Assembly (NCBI GenBank): GCA_951406725.2
Contig: OX597825.1
Location: forward strand, 36,952,001 to 37,016,000
Reading direction: 5' to 3'
Length of the DNA stretch: 64,000 nucleotides
Origin: Octopus vulgaris
Lineage: Eukaryota
In this document: positions 27,145-36,867 of the stretch, piece by piece
Numbering within the stretch: the first letter of the stretch is position 1
Layout of the letters: every line of letters begins with the position of its first letter
Translations under genes and position numbers: made by a program
The notes under the pieces: model-generated
Seen by the model: only the letters and a program-made list of their open reading frames with translations
Databases searched by the model: none
Told to the model about the DNA's origin: nothing

Positions 27145-27425
27145 AGGCGCAATAGCCCAGTGGTTAGGGCAGCGGACTCGCGGTTTCGATTTCTAGACCG
27201 GGCATTGTGAGTGTTTATTGAGCGAAAACACCTAAAGCTCCACGAGGCTCCGGCAGGGGATGGTGGTGATCCCTGCTGTACTCCCTCGCCACAACTTTCT
27301 CTGACTCTTTCTTCTATTGGCCTGATCGCTTAGCCAGAGGGGTGGCGTTATTTGAAGGCTAAAAAAACAATGCGAAGCTCATTGTGACCAGCGATGTGTA
27401 GCAACATCTGATAGCCTGGTCGGCT
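27143..27425 (+). mobile_element. tRNA-derived SINE (family A) in a (TA)n tract
   Basis: Same head and body as 3162-3360, with an internal deletion in the tRNA part. Confidence 0.8.
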
Positions 27426-27839
27426 ATGTATATATCTGATCAAATGAATATTAACAAACGATGGATAATTGTTAGCTCATTGCAGCTCATTACGTAATCT
27501 TTTAACATCATAATAAAAGAGCGTAAATTATCAGATGAGAAGTAATTTTTACAAAGCAATGGAATATTCCAAGAATACAGCCAGTAAGTGACTAGGGTCT
27601 GTTGAAGCCAACTGTTGACTACGGTCTTTTATTATAATGTAGTGTTATTCTTCTATTAAATGGTTACATAAGAAACAGCTATAATGAGCTGACAATTATC
27701 CATCATTTGTTATCATTCATTTGATTATAGTACACCAAGGGAACTTAAGACTTGTCGCACACCCTAGAGTACACCAACAATGTACTAATTAACTCGTGAT
27801 TTGGACCAACCCATTAGGCACTAAATACTCATAGGGTTG

Positions 27840-28086
27840 TTCTGTTGCGTCTGGGGAAAGTCATTTTCTTTTTGTGCCTTATAATGCAACGCACTCACCG
27901 GTAAAATTTCTACTTTTTTCTTATTTTTATTTTTATTTTCCTAAAATTTTCGTTGCGTCTTGCAATCTTTTCAATAGTATTGACTCTGTCCGGAAATAAA
28001 AATAAGAAAAAAGTGGAAATTTTACAAGTGAGTGTGTTACATTATAAGGCACAAAAAGAAAATGACTCTCCTCAAACACAACAGAA
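27840..28086. repeat. Inverted repeat (~90 bp arms) with hammerhead-like spacer
   Basis: 27840-27935 is the reverse complement of ~27995-28086. AAATACTCATAGGGTT is directly repeated at ~27823 and 28141. Confidence 0.8.
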
Positions 28087-28337
28087 TATGCTTCAACGCA
28101 CGAACTCATATAAGTATCTTGCAAACCAAATCCCAAAACGAAATACTCATAGGGTTAGTTTTCTCTGTGTACACAACCGAAATATCGTATTTGTTATTTC
28201 GACTCTCACCAACCATAAGCCTGAATCACAGAGATTACCCAACCCTATCTGGTGCATACCTTTTCTTGTACCTGATTCTCTCTTAATCCTCATCTGATAT
28301 ATAAATTTTTTTTCGTAAGATATTTAAGAAAATATGT

Positions 28338-28426
28338 AATCTGATGAAACCTCATTATATTTAAGACGATATTTTATTATTCTTGGAAAGCATGTTTTAA
28401 TTAACGATGTAGAAATAGCTGTAATT
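28338..28426 (+). ncRNA. Hammerhead ribozyme-like motif with extended stem II
   Basis: AAT CTGATGA (28341-47) ..imperfect 64-nt hairpin.. GAAA (28412-15) TAGCT GTA ATT. Confidence 0.5.
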
Positions 28427-28532
28427 TAATAGATGTGTCATTTGCTGCCGTAAAATAATATAATTGAATCGAATTTATCATTTAACAATTAAATTATTTA
28501 ATCATTCAATTTTCTTTTGGCTTCTATTTCTA

Positions 28533-28580
<48 letters not shown>

Positions 28581-28962
28581 AAATAAATAAATACATAAAT
28601 AAATACACGTATATATATTTTTTTATATATTTATATATATATATATATATGTATACATATGTATATGTATTGAGAAGAAAAGTCGTCAGAATTTTGGAAA
28701 AAATCTTCCTATTTCTTCAATATTATTAGCGCTTTCGTTCTTTTCTCGAACTTGTCAAATAAAATTGTGTGAATGTATACACATCTTGTTAATTTATATA
28801 AAACAGATGTTTTTTTTGGGTTTTGTTTAGGAGAAGAGAATATTGTTTTTGTTTTTTTGGGGGGTGAGGTTCCATGACAATGGAGATAGATAGATAGAAA
28901 TACAGGTAGGTAGATAGGCTAATAGATAGATAGATAGATAGTCAGACAGATAGATAGGTAGT

Positions 28963-28994
<32 letters not shown>

Positions 28995-29115
28995 AGGGGG
29001 ATCCTCCTTTGTATTCACCATTCATTTATTTATTTAGTCATTTACTATTGTATTGGAATGGGTTTAAGGATGGTGATCCCATAAAAGCAAAAACAAGTGC
29101 GGTGTGGTCATTACT

Positions 29116-29154
<39 letters not shown>

Positions 29155-29559
29155 CGCACACACACATATCATATAAATTAGTGTTACGTTTTTATACTCA
29201 TAAGCGGTGACCTTTAACAGGACACCTTACATGCTGGAAAGGGAAGTGAAAGCCTAAACCACGAATAAGAGTAATTTCAAAGGGAATGAAAAATAAAAGC
29301 ATTTCAAGTGTTACCCTTATACTCGAGTTTTTGCACCAATATACAATTAAATTTATTTGCCATCCGTGCTTCTTCAGTAAGGGCGCTAAAATTAATGCAT
29401 ATTTATGCAACACTGAAGACACACGTGTTCCATCCATATACATTACAATTTTTCAAATCCACCGCGCAAGTGCAGCTACAATCGGCAGCGAATAATAATA
29501 AGAATTAAAACTGCGTACCAAAGGTCTTCAAAATTACGAAAAGTTTATTATGAAAATAA

Positions 29560-29914
29560 TAAGGGTAGAAACTATAGAGAAATAGTCTACCGGTGGCCAG
29601 CATGCGTAATAATGTCAACAGACAACATATTTTTCATATAAATTTGTACGTTTTTACACAAAAAAGAGGTGACCTTTAACAAGACATCTTACATGCTGGA
29701 AAGAGCAGTTAAAGCCCAAACCATGAATAAGGGTAATTTCAAAGGGAATTCGTGGTTTGGGATTTAACAGCCCTTTCCGGCATGTAAGGTGTCCTGTTAA
29801 AGGTCACCACTTTTGTGTATAAAAACGTACCCTAATTTATACGAAAAATATGTTGTCTATCGACTTTATTACGCATGCTGGCCACCGGTAGAATATTTCA
29901 CTAAATTTTCTACC

Positions 29915-29918
<4 letters not shown>
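29560..29918. repeat. Inverted repeat (~165 bp arms) plus upstream direct copy at 29203-29287
   Basis: GGTGACCTTTAACA(G/A)GACA..CATGCTGGAAA occurs forward at 29205 and 29669 and inverted at ~29775-29808. Confidence 0.85.
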
Positions 29919-29994
<76 letters not shown>

Positions 29995-29995
29995 C

Positions 29996-30165
29996 AAGCG
30001 CCCAAGTGGCTGTGTGGTAAGAAGCTTGCTTTCCAACCACAGGGTTGCGGGTTCAGTCCCACTGCGTGGGTCCTTGGCCAAGTGTCTTCTACTACAACCT
30101 CGGGTCAACCAGGGTCTTGTGAGTGGATTTGGTTGAGGAAACTGAAAGAAGCCTGTCATATATGT
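29996..30165 (+). mobile_element. SINE family C, 5' half
   Basis: A box TGGCTGTGTGG, B box GGTTCAGTCCC, followed by conserved body. Confidence 0.78.
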
Positions 30166-30199
30166 ATATAGGAGTGTGTTTGAGTGCGTGTGCGACAAT

Positions 30200-30481
30200 T
30201 CCAACCGAACGAATGTGTGTTTTATATGTTTGCTGTGTCACTGTGTTATCTGCTTGAACCGTATGCAATTATCGTGTATTTCTTTGCTGTTCTTTTGGTT
30301 CTTTGCTGTTCTTTTGGTTGACGTTTTGCGGAGACTGGTAGGTTTGCCCCATTTGGGGTGACCTACAAATAACAGATCTGATGGACAAACCAACTTGCTT
30401 CAATGAGCGACCCACCGACGTTAGTGTGGAATTCAAACTAATGGACAACAATGCTCATTCATTGAGGCTTTCTCGCCTCTC

Positions 30482-30544
<63 letters not shown>

Positions 30545-32660
30545 GAGGGAGAGGGAGAGAGAGGAGAAAAACTCAAATGATACAAAGCAAACTACAAGTA
30601 GTTTGAATTCCACCACCAACAAAAACAATGACTTACAACCAAAAACTACAAGAAATGAAAGTCGGGGCTTCGCGTCCGCAGCCGAAATCAATCAAGAACC
30701 TATAAACCTGGACATGGAGGACTTATAAAATTCAAACGTCTGTTACAGAGAGATGGCACGGACATAAACCTAACGCCAGCGAGATAATGCAACAAACGAT
30801 AAGGGGAAAACTATAATTTTTAAAACTCTGTCACTAAAAAAAAAAAAAATGCATTGAACACATGCCAAAAGAAAGTATCGGAAAAGGGCTACAACCCATA
30901 TGGCATAAAACAACTTATGTAGCAAGGTGGAAAATACGGTACTGTGGAAGTAAGGTTCGCTTCTGAAGAAGAAGCAAAGGAAGACTCCACAGTGTCTTTG
31001 AAGACAAACGAGTTGGTGTTACTACCAATGTACATGGGTCGACAGTGCCACAGAAATCGACGTGATGTAGCTTGTGGAAGCCGTACTGCTGAACCTGGAG
31101 GATAGAGCACTATCCCTCAGGCCACCAGCAGAAAGTCTGACATTAATAATCCAGGTCACCCAGAAGGGATTGGAACTAAATACCAGAGTAAGTAATGCAA
31201 CCGGACAAAATCATATTAAGTGTTATGGTAGAGGGAAGAAGTCCAAGGCGCTTTAAGTGTGGGAAAAAGGGCCACATGAAATCCATGTACCCACAGGTCC
31301 TACAACCTGAAGCACCCGCTCGACCTAGCAACTCTACAGTCTGATGACCCGAAAGAAACCAAGGGGGAGCCAACCAGCATCGTGACAAAACAATCCATTA
31401 ACACACCACCAACTATCAGCCCCAAGGAAGACAGAAGAAAGTCAATGAGCACCACAATAGAACAACCCACCAACCTAACACAGACTGGCAACCTGAAAAA
31501 AGAAAAAAGAAATCGACCAACACTACGACAAAGCAGCCTGCATCAAAGGTGTCACAGAGGGAAGTGCCGAAAACTAAGAAGGACACCCCAAAGGAACCAC
31601 AACCAACCTTGTTCGAGGAGAGCGACGACGGATGGACAATTGTAAAAAAGAAACGGAAAAGGAAAGGTACGACCCTCGCACTCATAAAAAGACCAGCAAA
31701 AGACAACCAAAAACCCGCATCCACAACATACACACACAGACCACAAACATTATACTTTATTACCCCGAACAAAGAAGCCATCGAAAACAAAGGCAACCAA
31801 AAACCCGCTCTCATACCATGCATACACAAAACACAAACATCCTTCTCATTTTTCCCAAACAAAGCCACATATAAGAGATACAACAAAAGAGATACAACCA
31901 CCAGCAACAGACGGAAAAAATAAACCACCTTAGCTAAACATACATACAGAAATTCACGTGTTACCCCATAATTAGCCGATCCACACCCGAACTCAAAAGC
32001 CAACGCAATGTTCTTTTTCATAAATTGCTACACGTCATCCAATCACATGTTGATTCAACCCATTTTGTCTGTAAATGAAGAGTGTATGCCTTGCTACATG
32101 TGTAAGCAAGGTGACTGAATGTGAATACCTATGATCCTAAAAGAAGCTCAAAAGACAATGCAACATTTCCTTTTCACCAAGTGTTATATGTTATCTAATC
32201 ACATGTTGCTCCAACCCATTTTGTCTGTCCAGATTTTTGAATGAAGAGAGTATGCCTCGTTTAATGTGTGAGAAAACTTGAACCTAAGTACCAGTAATTC
32301 TAAAAGAAGATCAGTGATGATGCTTGGTTTGTGTGTCCCCGTATTTATCACTCCATTTTCATCATTTCCACCCTTTCATCATCCATACGCTATTTTAACC
32401 CGCATGTTTTGTCTGTCTTGTATTGTCCCTCTATGTCGGCCTAATGGCTAATAAAGAATTCAATTTCCGCCGAACCGACGTGTGTTTTTGCTCGCTGTGA
32501 CACTGTGTTATCCGCCTGTAATTCTTGTGCTTTTTTAGGCTGTTCCTTTTAATTCAGTCACGCTTAGCGGTTGATGCTTCATGGTTAGCCCCATTGGGGG
32601 CGATCTACAAACAATAGATCTGATGGATAGACTTCAATAAGCAACCCGCCGACGTTAATA
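30200..32660 (+). mobile_element. Decayed Tx1/L1-like ORF1-only retroelement with 5' sequence repeated after its 3' end
   Basis: GKYGTVEVRFASEEEAK (RRM-like), VEGRSPR[R]FKCGKKGHMKSM[Y]P (degenerate CCHC), DDGWTIVKKKRKRK, AATAAA at ~32450. 30200-30425 is similar to 32465-32660. No RT seen. Confidence 0.6.
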
Positions 32661-32711
32661 TTCTTTTCTACTCTAGGCACAAGGTCTTAACCACTAAGTC
32701 ATGCGTCTTCA

Positions 32712-33160
<449 letters not shown>

Positions 33161-33899
33161 TATATTTATGTGTGCTTGTGTGGATGTATAAGGAAAGATA
33201 GGAGGTGGGCGAGCAATAATGAAAGAAATAGAGAGGAAGATATAAAGTGTGATTGAGTGAAAGAGCACTGAACAGAAGCTGGCTGATTTTATATTTAAAG
33301 CCATAGGTGGAGCGTGACTGCCTAATGGCTATTGTCCAAGTTTTTCATACTTTATGAGTATAAATTGCTAGAAGTATTTTCTCATAACCGTTGCTCATTA
33401 GTACTGAGAAAATATTGAAATGATTTCGAGGAGAAAATTGATTTCTTTTGATTTTTGGTAGATAAATTGAAGTGATTTGTTAAGATCTAATGAAAACGTT
33501 GATGTTTTCGTAGGCCAGAAACGATTGCATGATTCAACGAAACATATGTACTCTTATATTTGTAACTAATGTCAACAGATTAATGTTGTAGATGGAGACG
33601 GTGTGTCAATAAATCTTATATGAGAGCGAGGCATAGTGGATACATGATCAAAAGATAAAATAAAGATATTGTAAGTTCAGTCACACACATATACACCCAC
33701 GCACACAAATAAAATATTCTTTTATTAATTTCCTGGTAACAAGTATTGGGCACTAGCCATACTGGCGCGCCGCCTTTAAGGGTTTAGTACTTTTGTTAAA
33801 ACTGGTATTTATTTTGTTGTTTTCTGTTTTCTGAACCTTTAAGTTTACACAGCAGTTCTAAACGGCATTTACATAAAATCATACATACATACATATTCA

Positions 33900-33912
33900 A
33901 GTGCGCACACGC

Positions 33913-34004
<92 letters not shown>

Positions 34005-34092
34005 GCACACACTAACACACACACATATCTGCATTCGCACACACAAACACACACGCACATACATACACACACATACACACACGCACACACAT

Positions 34093-34129
<37 letters not shown>

Positions 34130-34205
34130 TGCACACACTAACACACACACATATCTGCATTCGCACACACAAACACACACGCACACACATACATATATAC
34201 ATACA
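33900..34205. repeat. (CA)n array with internal ~130 bp duplication
   Basis: CACTAACACACACACATATCTGCATTCGCACACACAAAC occurs twice (~34010 and ~34136). Confidence 0.9.
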
Positions 34206-35656
34206 CAGGATGCGAGAGATATTTGAGGACATATTGAGTTAATTTTAATAAAAATATTGTGCACATTTTCTCCATACCCTTTCTTATAGCATATCTCCAA
34301 TGACTGCTTCTATACGGGACCAGAATCGTTAATATACCTGCACTAAATAGTTAGTCTTTATTAATTTTGGTGATTAATTGGACAATGGCGATTTCAGTGA
34401 AGCGTTGATATAGTGAGAATGTCAACCAACCTGTCTCACTTTCAACAAACGTAGTAGTCCATGGAATTTAAATCAGTCGAGGTTGGAGGCCGCAAGTTTG
34501 ATTTTACATATTGTAATGATTGCTCGACATCAATTCTGGGTTACATGTAGATTGTTATACCAAGTGAGGAATGAAATCGGTTTAGTAGCCCAAAAAAAGT
34601 AATAAGGGATATTAATATCAGAATTAAAGATACTACTATGTTACTGCAATGGGATAATAGCAGCTCTGTAATAAGTCGGTTTAAGAATTTAAAGGATAAG
34701 AAGAGGACCAGATTTTGAGAGTTTGATATGATAGATTTTTATCCCTCAAAATCAAGATCGCCACTTGATAAAGTAATTGAGTTCGCTAAAACATATCTTG
34801 ATATAGACCATATATACCGCGGGTATCGTATGATGTACCGAGATGATCGTATGATAGTGCAGACATCTGCGTTCTTGTAGGTATCTTTATATTAAATACA
34901 TTAAGACCCAAGTTCTCTTTATATTAAATACACTGAGTTCTAAACCGATACAGATGAATTGGTTGATGTACAAAGGGGGTGATCGTATGATAGTGCAGAT
35001 ACCTGCGATCTTTTAGATATCTTTATATTAAATGGCGACCTGGCAGCTGGAGTCTTAGAGTAGCTGTCCACCGAAGTTCCATATAATATGGGAATGAAAA
35101 AGGAAAAGGAGGAAAATACAATGTTACTAAAACAAAGACACATTCACAAGTAGACAAACAAATGGTTTGATTAGGGTATAATCAATTTGGCGAGGAAACT
35201 AAAGAGAAAATATTACGACGATGACCACCACAGATCTACAATGGAAGAATTCACCACGTGTAGTTGAGGGTAAAAGAAATCGTTGAACGACAGTAAGTAC
35301 GTCCAAAATTTATAAAGCAGTGACATACATACATACATAGATACTTGTAGCACACATGTATATACGTGCAGAGTGAAAATAAATCACACTATTTAATGTG
35401 ACGGACTACACTGCAAAAAAATCAAAAATTTCATTTCTGTTTACAAACTTTCTCCGTGTCTATACGCACAAATACTTTTATGTATACACACGCAATATTT
35501 AAGAAAAAAAGGAATATACACAAAAAAGAACGAAACATGTGTATATACACACACAATATTTAAGAACAAGGAATATACACAAAAAAGAACGAATCAAAAC
35601 AAATATTTTATATTTTACTTTTATCGTATTGTTGTTTACATTTTCTGTCTCTACGG

Positions 35657-36049
35657 ATGACCAGAACCAACAGAATCGCCATGGTGAAATCCATAGCGGC
35701 GTGCGATAAGACTGGTCGCTGCTCTAAAATAGAACACTGCCCAGAAAATCACACCTGCCACATCTGTACGGAACCCGAAAATACGTTCCGTAATCGCTGG
35801 GTCGAATGTGGGACATGTCTCATCTCTGTCTGCCTCCAATGTGCCACGGACTTTCAGAAGATCCCAGGCCAAAAAAAGAGCCATCATAATGCTATGATGG
35901 ATAGACTCTGGAAGATGGTTCAGCTTAAATCTTGGACTTTTCAGTGTCAGGCCTGCGTGCCTCCACAACCGACGATTGTGTCTCCCCTGCCACTCCCGTG
36001 GAGGAGGCGGAACAGCAACAGCAGCAACAACAAAATCAACCACAACCAG

Positions 36050-36082
<33 letters not shown>

Positions 36083-36867
36083 TAGAGCAGCAGCAACAAC
36101 AAAATCAACCACAACCAGAGCAGCAGCAACAACAAAATCAACCACAACCAGAGCAGCAGCAACAACAACATCAACAACAACAACAGCAACAACAAAATCA
36201 ACCACAACCAGAGCAACAGCAGCAACAACAACAACACCAATTGACCAGTGCGGTTCTTGCAGAACTGCAACAATCGATCTGTGCTTTAAAAGGGGAAGTA
36301 GCAGGAATAAAAGCAACCATTCAGGTTGGACTCCACAATGAGGGGTCTTATCGGAATGCTCTGCTAAAGAACCTCCCTGTACCTGTACCTCTTGTCGCAT
36401 TTAAGACCGCGGATTCTGCCACCCATGAAGTCATTGCCATTGGGGTGCCAGAAGACATGGCTGATCTTCAGGCTTTTGCTGCCAACTCAGCCAAAGACCT
36501 AGGCTGCGTTCCCCCAACGGGTGCTATCCGCCTTGGACGACCTGGCCCAAAACCTAGGCTCATCAAGTTGTCTTTTACGGACCCCACTGAGGCAACCTCT
36601 TACCATCTGGCCTCAGTTAAAGCTGGGCGGGAAAATCGGACCACCTTCCGAACACGCCCAGGCTTACCGTCCGATGTACGTCCGAAGCTACGTGTAGTGG
36701 CTTCCCTGAATAGGAACTCAGCTCTACAGGAAAGCTTCAGTCTTCGGGAAGATGGACAAATCTGGAGATTTGTCAAGACTGCTGAAACGTGGAAGAGAGA
36801 TACCAGCTGGTCTGAGTGCTCTCTACCCACAATAACTAAAAAGACTACAGCAACTCAGGGAAACTAA
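35657..36867 (+). CDS. LINE ORF1 protein (PHD finger, polyQ/QPQPE repeats, coiled coil, RRM-like domain), split by one frameshift near 35950-35990
   Basis: ORF 35657-36085 gives CHIC..WVECGTC..VCLQC..FQCQAC (PHD-like). Overlapping -1 frame ORF 35932-36867 gives polyQ, LAELQQSICALKGEVAGIK, then IGVPE..RLG..KPRLIKLSF, typical of CR1/L2 ORF1. Ends CAG GGA AAC TAA. Confidence 0.8.

Noticed and set aside
34924-34937. 14-bp TTAAATACACTGAG match to the LINE 3' flank as an alternative TSD
   Set aside because: It belongs to a local duplication of the host Penelope RT. Host sequence continues to 35033, so the TTAAAT junction there fits better.
35651-36400. 249-aa minus-strand Val/Ala-rich ORF
   Set aside because: Antisense shadow of the CAG/CAA repeat in LINE ORF1.
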